A stretch of 64,000 nucleotides of DNA from Mobula hypostoma (taxonomy: Eukaryota). The stretch spans positions 78,618,001 through 78,682,000 of the forward strand of contig NC_086108.1 in NCBI RefSeq assembly GCF_963921235.1, given 5' to 3'. The notes below the pieces were generated by a model. The model searched no databases and had not been told where the DNA came from. It saw nothing but the letters and a program-made list of their open reading frames with translations. This document shows positions 11,758 to 24,290 of the stretch, piece after piece (positions within the stretch are counted from its first letter, which is position 1; every line of letters starts with the position of its first letter). Made by a program: the position numbers and the translations under genes.

Positions 11758-13527
11758 GAGTGTGTCACCACCCACAGCTCTAATCTGCTAATTAAGTTTG
11801 CCGACGACACTACATTGCTTGGGCTAATCTCAAACAATAACGTGGTGGATTACAGGTGTTACGTACCCCGTAACCGGGTTGCCAAACCAGCAGAAATGGA
11901 TCACTCAGTTGCAGTCTGGATTACTAGAACTAAGAAAGTTTTATTAAAGAAACAAGCAACACAGTACTCTAATCAAAAGGATAATAAATGCAACAGTTCA
12001 GCAATGATAAACACACATGTACACAGAATTAGGATAACAGGATCAATCAAGCTCTATCATCATCTAGGGGTAAATGACCAGTTTCAAAGTGACGCAAAGT
12101 TCAGTTCAATTGAGTTCAGTTCAGTTCACAGTAATCACTGCCGTGGGAGATGGACAGTGGGGGGGAGGAGAGACAGAGCAAAAATGAATGAATATTCAAA
12201 CGGCTTCCACACAGACTTTCGATATTCTTCGCAGTCAGCTTTCGGGCGAGCCCTTTGTGATGTCTTCTGAGGTCACCGACCGTGACCCCTCCGTTTCCAG
12301 ATACGATCGTTTCCCTGCGGTGAACCTGGCACCCAGGCAAGGGCGGACACACACCAGGTTCCCGCCGATCGTACCTTACCACCCTGTGCGTCTATGGCTT
12401 GGTCCCGCGACCAGCCCTCCAAAACTTCCTGCCGACTTGAGGGAGACGCACCGCTTCCAGGGTCTCGTTACCTCGGGGTGTCGTGTGTGTCTTGCCTTAG
12501 CGAACCTGTCCCTTTTTATCCCCCTGCTGGGGTATCACCTGTCCATCACTTCAAACAGTTCAGGGTTCAAAGGGGGGCCGATCTTGACGGCTCTCCTTCC
12601 GTCCCTTAATTAACATCTCCAAATGCTGCTCGATTGTTTTCCTTATCTCTCTTTCTCCTGAAGACAGGTGGTAGACCAACTGCTGATCCCACTGGTGCCA
12701 GCACAGGACAGTTAACATCTTAATCTATGTGTACTCTCGTCACACAGGGAAGAAGCCATCTTTCTGACACAGTGGTATCAAGAAAACAATCTCTCCCTCA
12801 ATGTCGCAAAAACAAAGGAGCTGGTTGTGGATTACAGGATGAATGGAGATGGGCTAACCTCTATTGACATTAATGGATCTGGGGTTGAGAGGGTAAACAG
12901 CTTTAAGTTCCCCGGCATCCACGTCACCGAGGACCTCACATGGTCTGTACACACCATCTGTGTGGTGAAAAAGGCACAACAGTGCCTATTTCATCTCAGA
13001 CGGTTGAGAAAGTTTAGTATGGGCGCCCAAATCCTAAGAACTTTCTACAGGGGTACAGTAGAGAGCATCCTGACTGGCTGCATCACTGCCTGGTATGGGA
13101 ACTGTACTTCGCTCAATCGCAGGACTCTGCAGAGAGTGGTGCAGACAGCCCAGCGCATCTGTAGTTGTGATATTCCCACGATTCAGGACATTTACAAAGA
13201 CAGGTGTGAAAAAAGGGCCCGAAGGACCATTGGGGATCCGAGTCACCCCAACCACAAACCGTTCCAGCTGCTATCATCTGGGAAATGGTACCGCAGCATA
13301 ACAGCCAGGACCAACAGGCTCCAGGAGAGCTTCTTCCACCAGGCCATAAGACTGATTAACTCATGCTAATTTGAGTGTATTTCTATGTTACATTGACTGT
13401 TCTATTTAATATAAATTATTATAAATTACTATGATTGCACATTGCACATTTAGACGGACACATAATGTAAAGATTTTTACTCCTCATGTATGTGAAGGAT
13501 GTAAGAAATAAAGTCAATTCAATTCAA
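11758..13527 (+). mobile_element. Rex1/Babar-type LINE 3' part, interrupted by a solo LTR
   Basis: CVTTHSSNLLIKFADDTTLLGLISNN, then after the LTR the ORF 12827-13369 (VERVNSFKFPG...[15 protein letters not shown]...SFFHQAIRLIN). Tail aataaagtcaattcaattcaat. Confidence 0.88.
11857..12744 (-). mobile_element. Solo LTR (888 bp) of the Gmr1-like Gypsy family
   Basis: Reverse complement of the 54463 LTR; on the + strand it reads tgttacgtacccc...gtcaca. TSD CAGG at 11853-11856 and 12745-12748. Confidence 0.92.
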
Positions 13528-13589
13528 TGGTGGAGTCAGGACCAGCAGTAAAGGGGGTGGGATTAAGATACAAAGACATTCATGTATTC

Positions 13590-13742
13590 CATAAAACCAC
13601 AAGACAGAAGAGTATACTTAGGCCCATGGAGTCTGCCCTGCCATTCCATCATGGCTGATTTATTATCCCTCTAAGCCCCATTCTCACACCTTCTCCCTGT
13701 AACCGTTGACAACCCACCAGTCAAGAACCTATCAACCTCCCT
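13590..13742 (-). mobile_element. CR1 3' UTR fragment
   Basis: ccataaaaccacaagac...ccattccatcatggctgat...gtcaagaacctatcaacctcc. Confidence 0.6.
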
Positions 13743-14090
13743 AGAATGGGGAAGGTCCAGGGACTTTATAGGATTTTCAGCACGAAAATCATTTTGCCAT
13801 TGTTGGTTTCCAGGAACTGAGGAACAATATTGAAACGAGCATCAAGACATGGAAGAAAAAGGATGGATTGCATTACTTTCACACAAAGAATGTTTGAAGC
13901 TTGGAATATCTCTGTCCCAAAGAGTTACAGATGTTAGCTCAACTATTTTCTTTAAAGCAGAAATTAACATATTCTTTTCTTGTCAAGGGTTTGGGAGCAA
14001 AAGGAACTTTAGAAAACTATCTACCTACCCTTTACTCCCCCCCTCCCACCTTAGCCAGAAGTGATATTGCAGAAGAACAGAGGATCATTA

Positions 14091-14900
14091 AGATAGACAG
14101 ATAGATAGACTTTATTAATCCCAAGGGAAATTTGGTTTCGTTACAGCCGCACCAACCAAGAATAGAGCGTAAATATAGCAATACAAAAACCACAATCAAA
14201 CAACAAAATGCAAACTATGCCAGATGGAAAATAAGTCCAGGACCAGTCTGTTGGCTCAGGGTGTCTGACCCTCCACGGGAGGAGCTGCACGTTCGATGGC
14301 CACAGGCAGGAACGACCTCCCATGTTGTATCACGGTGGAATGTGGCCGAAGGCCAACAGTAAAAAGCTCAATATCCAGTCTGCAAACACTTTCCTCGATC
14401 GTAATATACCCCGGATTGCACCATCCATTGTTAGCCAGGTCAGTAAGCAACCCACTCCTTCACGCTGCTTACCGCTCTCAGTGCACTTCCGGTCAGGCGG
14501 AACGGTATTACCCACTGAACTCCTCTTCTCCAAAAGTCTCTGTTGTCTCGACAGCTCCTCTTTCCTCAGCTTTGTGATCCCCCTGTGTGTGTTTTCCTCC
14601 AGATTTCAGCAGGGGTGTGTGCCGCTCTGCTCACTAAGCCAACCGGAATTTGCTAGTCCATGGAATACACAAATGCGACCTTGCTTCTGTCCTGCATGAA
14701 GGGATGTAACCATTTCCAGCGCTAAAGAAAAATCCAAATAAAACTCTCTCTACCAGCATATTAGAGACGGTGCAGCTTCGACGTGTTACCATGAGAAAAA
14801 AATACAAAAAATAAGGTAAATTAAAACGTAAGAAGAAGAAAGTAAAAGAATAGATCGGAACGGCTGTCCCAGGCTGCATGCACGACCGGCGCATGCGCAC
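14091..14900 (-). mobile_element. Internally deleted (bipartite) Rex1-type non-autonomous retroposon, about 800 bp
   Basis: Minus-strand 3' end aaatttcccttgggattaataaagt(ctat)n. Residual C-terminal RSFLPVAIE. CpG-rich 5' end gtgcgcatgcgccggtcgtgc. No RT. Confidence 0.65.
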
Positions 14901-14944
14901 GTGGTTGAGTTAATGGCCTTCTCCTTCCCTATTTTTCAATTTTA

Positions 14945-15370
14945 AAATTAGTATCAGGCTTATTGTCACTGCAAAGGTCATACAATGTATTCTTTTGTGG
15001 CAGCAGTATTGTGCAAGACTAAAAAATTACTATAAGTTGCAATAAAAATAAAATGAATAAATAGTGCAAAGATGGAATAGTGAGGTAGTGTTCATGGTCC
15101 ATTCAGAAATCTGATGGCAGAGATGAAGAAGCTGTTCCTAAAATGTTGACTGAGCACTCAGGCTCACGTACCTCCTCCCCGATGGTAGTAATGAGAAGAG
15201 GGCATGCCCAAGAGGGTAAGGGTCTTAATGATGGATGCTGCCTCTTGACAATGTTGTAAATGGTGGGGAAGTTTGTTCCCCCCCCCCCCCCCAATGGCTA
15301 AAGTCTGTAACTCTCTGCAAACTTGTGCACTGGAGCCTTCGTGTGATGCAGCCAACCAGAATGCTCACCA
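14945..15370 (-). mobile_element. Rex1/Babar 3' fragment
   Basis: caggcttattgtcact...ttcagaaatctgatggcagagatgaagaagctgttcc...gatgcagccaaccagaatgctc. Confidence 0.7.
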
Positions 15371-15698
15371 TCCCTGAGAGATGCTAGTTAAAAGGTTCAA
15401 CAGACCCGGTTTGCAATTATTTCAAATCCAGAAAGCATAGTTTCTATTCTCATACTAATTCTCTTACGACTCGTTTCATATGGATAGGTGTAAGTGAACC
15501 ACCTGTCTTGCTTATAATTTTCACTTTTAGATAACATGGTGCTCCTATGTCCAGAGTTCTCACAGTCACATAACAGTTTTTAAAACATTTATCAAACTTA
15601 TTAATTTTTCAGCATTTCATATCTTGCATACTTGCATTCTTATAGAGCAGGAAAAAAAAACATTCAGCTCACTGAGCCCTTGCCAAATCCATTTAGAG

Positions 15699-15778
15699 CA
15701 GAGGTTCCCAACCCGGGGTCCATGGACCCCTTGCTTAATGGTATTGATCCATGGTATAAAAAAGGTCGGGAACCCCTG
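15699..15778. mobile_element. 80-bp hAT (Charlie-type) MITE
   Basis: TIRs cagaggttcccaacc / ggtcgggaacccctg. Flanks atttagag and ccttagag form a degenerate 8-bp TSD. Confidence 0.8.
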
Positions 15779-16224
15779 CCTTAGAGCAATCCCATCACTC
15801 CCATTTCCTTTCCCTGTAGACCTGCAGCATATTCACACACATACACCTACCAAACACCCCTCTGATTATTTTGCCACTTATCTGTAGCATCGAGTAATTT
15901 ACAGTGGCCAATTAACCTATAGTGCATCGTTGTGATGTGGAAAGTAACAGGAGCATCCAATAGAAATCTAATATGGAAAAGAGTTATCAAAGATTACTAT
16001 CAACACTGTCTCTTGATCTGTTTCTGGTCTTATATCACATTTCTCCAGTGCTTAATAGTTTCTGGTTCCCAATACAGATTCATTAATTAATCTATAAGGT
16101 TTCCCACTGTAGGCTATGGGGATCTCTTATTGGGACCAACAGGAATCATTTGTCACAAAAATATGCCGTCACAATTCTGGTTGTTACACTGAACTCCAAA
16201 GAATCCAGCTCCTCTCAGAAGCAC

Positions 16225-16748
16225 TTGGCCTCCTCATCTTAGAAGAGATGTGCTGGGATTGGAGAGGGCCCAGAGGAGGTTTGCAAGGATGATTCCAGGA
16301 ATAAAAGGGTTATCACATGAGGAATGTTTGATGGCTTTGGGTCTCTACTTGCTGGAATTTAGAAGGATGAGGGGGGATCTCATCGAAACCTTTCGAATGT
16401 TGGAAGTCTAGGCCTAGAAGGATGTTTCCCATGGTGGGAGAATCTAGGGCAAAGGACACAGCCTCAAGATAGAGGGGCGTCCTTTCAAAACAGAGATGCA
16501 GAGAAATTCCTTTAGCCAGATTGTGGTGAATTTGTGGAATTTGTTGCCGCGTCCAGCTGCAGAGGCCAGATTGTTGCGTGTATTTAAGAATGATAGGTTC
16601 TTGATTGGACATGACATCAAAGGTTATGGGGATAAGGCCGGTAAATGGGGTTGAGGAGGAGAGAAAAAAAGGATCAGCCATGATTGAATGGTGGAGCAGA
16701 TGCGATGGGCCAGATGGCCTAGTTCTGCTCCTATGTCTTATAGTCTTA
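16225..16748 (+). mobile_element. CR1 3' fragment
   Basis: LERAQRRFARMIPGIKGLSHEE; ends ggcctagttctgctcctatgtcttatagtctta. Confidence 0.85.
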
Positions 16749-16821
16749 CAGATGTCAGTCAGGCAGTGAGTCACATTTGCTGCAGGTTACCCAGCCTCTC
16801 ACAGCCTTTGTAGACATTATA

Positions 16822-17320
16822 CACTCAGTGGCTACTATATTAAGTACCTCCTGTACCTAATAAGGTCACCACCGAGTGCATTTTTGTGGTCTTCTGCTGC
16901 TGCAGCCCATCCACTTCAAGGTTCGGTGTGGTGTGTTAAGAGATGCTCTTCTGCATACCACTCTTGTAAAGAGCAGTCAACTAGTCTGGCTATTCTCCAC
17001 TGACCTCTCTCATGAACAAAGCATTTTCAGCCACAGAATTGCTACTCACTGGATGTTTTTTTTTGTTTCTTGCAGCATTCTTTGAAAACTCCAGTGACTG
17101 CTGTCCATGAAAATCCCAAGAAATCAGTAGTTTCTGAGATACTCAAACCACCCTATCTGGCACCAACAATTGTTCCATGGTCAAATTCACTTAGATCACA
17201 TTTCTTCCCTATTCTGATGTTTGGTCTGAATAAAAAACTTCTTGACCATGCCTGCATTTTTTTATGCATTGAATTATTGCCACTTGATTGGTTGATTAGA
17301 TATTTGCATGAACAAAAAGG
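16822..17320 (-). mobile_element. Non-autonomous Tc1-like element: TIR-TIR hairpin plus degenerate transposase HTH N-terminus
   Basis: ta|cactcagtggctactatattaagtac ctcct gtacctaataaggtcaccaccgagtg. The minus strand encodes a remnant resembling IVGAR.GGLSISETTDFLGFS. Confidence 0.7.
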
Positions 17321-17321
17321 T

Positions 17322-17705
17322 CAAAATTCAAAGTTCAAGTTTATTATTAAAGTATGCATACTATATACAACCTTAAGATTCATCTTCTTGCAGGCACTCA
17401 CAAAACAAAGAAACACAATAGAATCCACAAAAAGTAACACACAATAAGGGCTGCCACACATCCAAAGGGCAAAAAAAGAATAAACTGCCTAAATAGAGAA
17501 CAAAATGTAATCAAATAACACACAGATCATGACCTGCAGAGCCCCCAAAAGTGAATCCACAGCTGCAGAGCCAGTTCAGTACTGAGGCAATTAAAGCCTG
17601 CCCAGGAGCCTGATGACTGTAAGGTAACATTTGTTCTCAAACCAGGCAGCGTGGGACTCGAGACTCCCGAACTTCCCACCCGATGGTAGTAGCGAGAAGA
17701 GAGGA
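17322..17705 (-). mobile_element. Rex-type LINE 3' UTR fragment
   Basis: caaaattcaaagttcaagtttattattaaagta tail; minus ORF remnant LFSLLPSGGKFGSL. Confidence 0.65.
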
Positions 17706-17859
17706 AGACTGGTCAAACATAAGCATACGGTGCTGAGCACCTGTTCACTTTCCACTCTCTGCCTCGGCGATTTTAATCGTGCTCGACGCTGTAATGTTGC
17801 CTCAGTTTCTCTGCACGCAGGGACGGACTGCTTACTTGTGCAGGAGTTGCAAACTGAAC

Positions 17860-18540
17860 ATTGTGTAATCATCAGTGGACATCCCCATTTTACACTTGGT
17901 CAATGGTGAAGCTTCTGTCAATGTCTAAGTCCAGGTCACTGCCCTGAGGAGCTCTTGCAATGATGCCCTGGGACTGGGATGATGAGTCTCCAACATAGCC
18001 ACCTTCTGCTGTGCTCAATGACCTGAGTTCTGCTGATGTTCTTTGATACTGTACTCAGTCAAGTGACATCAAGGCCAGTCTGTCTCATGTACCTCAGCAA
18101 TTCAGCTCTCTCATCCATGAACGGTTCTGGTGAGGCCCAAACTGGACGTCAGTAAACTGGAATGCTATTTGTCAGTGACCCTTGAGTAGTAATTCGCCAG
18201 ATTAGATTTGTCTCACTTTTAGTGAACAGGACATATCTGGGCAATTTTCCACAGGGTCGCTTGGAAGCTGATGCTCTATCTATCCTGCAACAGCTTGGCT
18301 ACAAACATTGATACTTCTGGAATGAAAGACTTCCATACCGTAGACAATATGTTGATTGGTCCCAGACTCCCTGCCATTTCTTGGTATTATGTAGAGTGAA
18401 TCCATCTGGGTAGAAACTAGCTTTTGTGTGGTGACCACATGAGAAACAAAACCAAGATGGATCATCCATTATTTACTTCTGGTTGTACATGGCTGTGATT
18501 GCTTCAGTTTTGCCTTTTGCACTCACGTGCTGGCCCATGT
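17860..18540 (-). mobile_element. Ancient CR1/L2-type LINE fragment
   Basis: Highly degraded segments (gtgaacaggacatatctgggcaattttccaca...acagcttggct) similar to old CR1-group elements. Confidence 0.4.
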
Positions 18541-19677
18541 TCCTGAAGCTCCTCCTCCTGCTGATGACACATGCCACAAGAAGACAGCTGAGAACAAGAT
18601 CAAAAAGGTTTATCCATTCACTCACCAGCTACTGCTTGTCATAGGTTCAGGAAGTATCAGGCAATAACATGAAATATAAAAGCAGATCTTTTTGCGTCCT
18701 ACAAAGAAAACTATTTTTTACATTGTTGACATGCCTGTTTTTATTTCTGCATTGCTGACTTGCTGTCAAAAATCAATATTACAAAAGAAAATTGCCCTTA
18801 ATGTCACAATAGTTGTAGTCACGCTTAAAAATAAGGGTCTATTTTTAGATATACATTTACAAGGTGAGGCAGTAGAATCTGGAACGGTAATGTTTCCCAG
18901 TGGGTATTAAATCAGCCTAGGAATTGCTTGTTAATGTGATAAGAAGAACACATTGGACCCTTTAATATAGATTTCCGTTGAGTACCTCTTGCCTGATGTT
19001 CCACGGGTCTCTTGCTATAATCCAGTGCATTCCATACCATCACAATGGAATAAACAAGGACGGGGAAAGCCTATGGAAAAGGCCAACCATGTCGATAGCT
19101 ACAAGCAATTTTTATGCTTGCTCCTTCTGGTTTAAGCATGAAATTCTGCTTACCGAAAAGCACTCTCAACAGTTCCTTTAAAAGGCTGTTAAAGGTGAAA
19201 ATTCCCCCTTTAAGAGAGGAACTGTTTAATGTAGAGGTGACAAATGTGGCTGCATACACTACATCTCAATAGCTGCTGTCACACTTCAGAATAACTTTAG
19301 ATCTTTTAATAAGTGTTGATAAATGTTTGCAAGATGAGGCAGTAGTGCGCAGAACTGCAATGTTTTCTCCAAAAACCATGAAATCACCACAGGAAAAAAA
19401 TGACTAGATGGATGCCAGGGTTTGCAGAGGCTTACAAATACTACATGTGCTCTGTTCCTCTTGTCAGGGGAAGGAATTAACATCTAACCAGCACATTATT
19501 ACCAAGGTAGGAAAGGACTTCATGTGTTCACCTCTTACAGTCTACAATAAAATGCACAGTACTGCTTGGGTTTCTTTCACAATATCATGTGCTAATGAAT
19601 ATAATTTCACTATGTTTTACTTAAACTACACACTAAATCTTAGAGAAACAACGCTCTTGACTGTGTAAACAAATCGG

Positions 19678-20222
19678 TGTCAGAATCAGGCCTACTATCA
19701 CTGACGTATGCTGTGGAATTTGTTGTTTGGCAGCAGTACAGTGCAATACATTAAAAATTTATAGAAGTTACAGTAAGGGATTAAAAAATAAATACACAGT
19801 GCAAAATAGAGTAAAATAGTGAGGTTGTGTACATGGACAATTCAGATATCTGATGGTGGAGGGGAAGCTGTTCCTAAAATATTGAATGTGCATCTTCAGG
19901 CTTTTGAACTCCTCCCTGATGGTAGTATCTCATGTATTTTGTTTGTTGTCTTTTTTATTAATATTATTGTGTTTTTTTACCTTTTTTGATTTTCTTGTGC
20001 TGCATCGGATCTGGAGTACAATTATTTTGTTCTCCTTACACTTGTATACAAGAAATGACATTAAGCAAACTTGAAACCTTGAATCTTGAAGAGGGCATGC
20101 CCTACAAGTTAAAGGTCCTTCATGATGGATGCTGCATTCTTGAGGCATCAAATTTTGAAGATGTCCTCAGTGGTGGGATGGCTAGTTGTCCATGATAGAG
20201 CTGGCGGAGTTTATAACACTGT
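19678..20222 (-). mobile_element. Rex1/Babar 3' fragment containing a + strand Rex 3' tail (about 19930-20087)
   Basis: gtcagaatcaggcctactatcactgac tail. The inner copy ends gaaatgacattaagcaaacttgaaaccttgaatcttga. Confidence 0.65.
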
Positions 20223-20448
20223 TAGCTAGAAAGAATGACAGTCTACCAATCAGTGAATTCAAATGAATCAAGGTCAGCGGAAATAGACAAACCAATTGTC
20301 TTTGTTCTTGCTACGTGCTTGAAGGAGATGGAGGCTGCCATTTTGTGAAACTGCTCTGTAACTTCCATCTTGTAAACTGTCTGAGAACTGATTTTTGCTC
20401 TGAGTGAATCTAACCAGAGCAATTAAATGTGGACAAAGCAAGTTTCAC

Positions 20449-22905
20449 AAACACAAGATAATCTGCAGATGCTGGGAATCCAAGGTAACACACACAAGAT
20501 GCTGGAGGAACTCAGCAAGTCAGGCAGCAGCTATGGAAAAGAATAAACCGTCAAAATTTCATGCTGAGACCCCTCATCAGGACTGGAAAAAAAGATGAGA
20601 ATTCAAAGTAAAAAGGTGGGGGGAGGGGAGGAGAAGTACAAGGTGGTAGGTGATAGGTGAAACCAGGAGAGGGGGAGAGGGTGAAAAGCTGGGAAGTTGA
20701 TTGGTAAAAGAGGTAAAGGGCTGCAGGTATCTGATAGGAGAGGGTAGAAGACCATGGAAAAAAGGGAAGGGGGAAGAGCACCAGAGGGAGGTGATGGGAA
20801 TGGTGAAATAGGGGCAACTGCCAGAAGTTCGTGATATAGATGTTCACGCCAGCAGGTTGGAGGCAACCCAGACAGAATATAAGGTGTTGTTCCTCCAACC
20901 TAAGTGTGGCCTCATTGTGGCAGTCGACTGACATGTCAGAATGTGCATGGAAAATACGATTAAAATGGGTGACCACTGGGGGATCACGCTTTTTCTAGCG
21001 GACAGAGCGCAGGTGCTTGGTGAAGGGGGTCTCCCAATCTATGTCAGGTCTCACCAATATACCAAAAGCCACACCAGGAGCACCAAATACAGTAGATTCA
21101 CAGGTGAAGGACTGTTTAGGGCCCTGAGTGGTAGTGAGGGTGGAAGTGTAGGGGCAGGTGTAGCACTTGCTCTGCTTGTAAGGATAAGGGAAAAGTACCA
21201 GGAGGGAGATCAGTGGGGAGGGAGGAACGGACCAGGGGGTCGTGTAGGGAGTGATCCCTACAGAAAGCAGAAAGTGGGGGGGGGGGGAAGAGGAGGTAAA
21301 GACGTGCTTGGTGGTGAAATCCCGTTGGAGATGGCGGAAGTTACAGAGAATTATGTGCTGGATGCAGAGGCTAACGAGGTGGTAGGTGGGGACAAGAGAA
21401 TCAGAATCAGATTTATTATCACCGGCATGTGACGTGAAATTTGTTAACTTAGCAGCAGCAGTTCAATGCAATACAAAATCTAGCAGAGAGAGAAAAAAAA
21501 AACATAATAATAAATAAGCAAGTAAATCAATTACGTATATTGAATAGATTTTTTTAAATGTGCAAAAACAGAAACACTGTATATTTGAAAAAGTGAGGTA
21601 GTGTCCAAAGTTTCAATGTCCATTCAGGAATTGGATGGCAGAGGGGAAGAAGCTGTTCCTGAATCGCTGAGTATGTGCCTTCAGGCTTCTGTATCTCCTA
21701 ACTGATGATAACAGTGAGAAAAGGGCATGCCCTGGGTGCTGGAGGTCCTTAATAATGGACACTGTCTTTCTGAGGTCACCCCTCCCTAAAGATGTCCTGG
21801 GTACTTTGTAGGCTAGTGCCCAAGATGGAGCTAACTAGATTTACAACCTTCTGTAGTTTCTTTTGGTCCTGTGCAGTAGCCACTCCATACCAGAGAGTGA
21901 TGCAGCCTGTCAGAATGCTCTCCATGGTACAACTATAGAAGTTTTTGAGTCTATTTGTTGACATGCCAAATCTCTTCAAACTTCTAATAAAGTATAGCTG
22001 CTGTCTTGCCTTCTTTATAACTACATCGGTGTGTTGGGACCAGGTTAGATCCTCAGAGATCTTGACACCGAGGAACTTGAAGCTGCTCACTCTCTCCACT
22101 TCTGATCCCTCTATGAGGATGGGTATGTGTTCCTTCGTCTTACCCTTCCTGAAGTCCACAATCAGCTCTTTTGACTTACTGACGTTGAGTGCCAGGTTGT
22201 TGCTACAGCACCATTCCACTAGTTGGCATAGCTCACTCCTGTACGCCCTTTTGTCACCACCTGAGATTCTACCAACGATGGTTGTATCGTCAGCAAATTT
22301 ATAGATGGTATTTGAGCTATGCCTAGCCACACAGCCATGTGTATACAGAGAGTAGAGCAGGGGGTTAAGCACACACCCCTGAGGTGCACCAGTGTTGATA
22401 GTCAGCGAGGAGGATATGTTATCACCAACCCGCACAGACTGTGGTCTTTCGGTTAGGAAGTTGAGGATCCAATTGTAATCCTATCCCTGGTATTGCAATG
22501 GGAGGATGGGTGAGGGTAGCCATGCGTGAAATGGAAGAGATGCAGGTGAGGGCTTCGTTGATGGTAGAGAAAGGAAAGCCCCTTTCTTTGAAGGAGGAGG
22601 ACATCCATTAGTGCTGGAATGAAAAGCTTCATCCTGAGTGCAGATGCAGTGGAGACTGAGGAACTGAGAGAAGGAGATGGCATTTTTACAAGTGACAGGG
22701 TGGGAAGAGGTATAGTCCAGGTAGCTGTGAGAATCAGTGGGTTTATAAAAGATATCAGTGGATAGGCTGTATCCAGAGATAGAGATAGAGAGATCGAGAA
22801 AGGGGAGGGAGGTGTCAGAAATGGACCAAGTAAACTTGAGGGCGAGGTGAAAGTTGGAGGCAAAGTAGATGAAGTTGCCGAGCGGTTGCCGATGTAGCGT
22901 AGGAG
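20449..22905 (-). mobile_element. Penelope-like element (RT C-terminus, GIY-YIG end, terminal repeat), split by a Rex LINE
   Basis: HFNRIFHAHSDMSV...EATLRLEEQHLIFCLGCLQPAGVNI and MSSSFKERGFPFSTINEAL. Terminal repeat atctgcagatgctgg...gctggaggaactcagc with a CTGATGA core. Continuous across the insertion (gacaagag|aatcctatccctgg). Confidence 0.8.
21397..22478 (-). mobile_element. 5'-truncated Rex1/Babar LINE with a 219-aa RT segment (21776-22435)
   Basis: [23 protein letters not shown]...[12 protein letters not shown]...[17 protein letters not shown]; (agaatc)n tail. Confidence 0.92.
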
Positions 22906-23131
22906 ACCATTCTCAAATGAGCAGCTATTTATTACATAAGGTGGCAAGCTTGCAGGAGAAGCAATCTGTCATCTCATGAGACTCGGTGTCTGGGTCACCT
23001 GGCTTGACAAGCTTGAATCAGTGTCAGCGTTGAAAAGAACAAAGGCACGGGGTTTAGGGCAGAGAGCATCAAACAATTCTGGTTGTAGCCCTGGACCAGA
23101 TCCAATAAGAAGGTGGCCCAGGTAGGTCAGA

Positions 23132-23532
23132 TGACCTCAGAAAGGCAGTGTCCATTATTAAGGACCTCCAGCATCCAAGGCATGCCCCTTTCTCACTGTT
23201 ACCATCAGGTAACAGGTACAGAAGCCTGAAGGCACATACTCAGCGATTCAGGAACAGCTTCTTCCCCTCTGCCATCTGATTCCCAAATGGACATTGAAGC
23301 TTTGGACACTCCCTCACTTTTTTAAAATATACAGTATCTCTGTTTTTGCACATTTTAAAAAAATCTATTCAATACATGTAATTGATTTACTTGTTTATTT
23401 ATTATGTTTTATTTTATTTATTATTATTATTTCTCTCTCTGCTAGATTATGTATTGCATTGAACTGCTGCTGCTGTTAACAAATTTCACGTCACATGCCG
23501 GTGATAATAAACCTGATTCTGATTCTGATTCT
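23132..23532 (+). mobile_element. Rex1/Babar 3' end, same subfamily as the 21397 copy
   Basis: Closely matches the reverse complement of 21397-21778; ends aataaacctgattctgattctgattct. Confidence 0.85.
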
Positions 23533-23899
23533 TGAGCCAATGGAATGGACCCATTTGAACTGATGAGGAACACTCTAAGAGTCAGGAGCTTCAAACACAA
23601 GAGAGCAGTAACTCTCCAAACACCAGAAACCCACCATCGTGGCTGTAGAGGGCCCCACGGACACCTGGTGATTAAGTCATGGCCAGCAAAGACTCTCTTT
23701 CCAGAAACGATCTTTTCTATTCTTTGACTGTTTATGGAGGGTCAGGAAAGCTTAAATAGTAGGTGTGCACACAGGTAGTTGTGCAAATTCTGTTATTCTT
23801 CTGTTGAGACAATAAATGTACCTATCGAGAATTACAGATTCTGTCTGTGCCTCTCTGATCATTATTACTAAGGGATCGATCCTTGTAACAGCACTTCGC

Positions 23900-24290
23900 A
23901 GCTCTGTCCGATCCCGTGCATTACCGTATCCATACAAGATGGTGCTGCAACAACTCAGAATGCTCTCCACGGTACACCTGTAAAAATTTCCTAGAGTCTT
24001 TGATGACATACCAAACCTCCTCAAACTCCAATTTAGCCACTGGTGTGCCTTCTTCATAATTGTCTCAATATGGTCTATGAAAGAAGCTGAACCACAGGAA
24101 CTTGAAGCTGTCATCATTTCCACTACTGAGCCCTTGGTGTGTATTCTCTGAATTTTCCCTTCCTGAGGTCCACGACTAATTCCTTGGTTTTACTGACACT
24201 GATTGCAAGATGGTTGTTCTGAAGCAACAACTTAGCTCACACCTGTATGCCTCCTTGTCACAATCTGAGATTCTGCTAACAAGCTGTGTC
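23900..24290 (-). mobile_element. Rex1/Babar RT fragment
   Basis: SLRRFGMSSKTLGNFYRCTVESILS; VSRISDCDKEAYRCE. Confidence 0.75.

Noticed and set aside
11728..12613. 180-aa and 141-aa ORFs
   Set aside because: These read from Rex RT into an antisense LTR. The same pseudo-peptides recur at the other LTR copies.
20941..21432. 163-aa glycine-rich ORF
   Set aside because: It is the antisense reading of the Penelope element and runs into a Rex tail.
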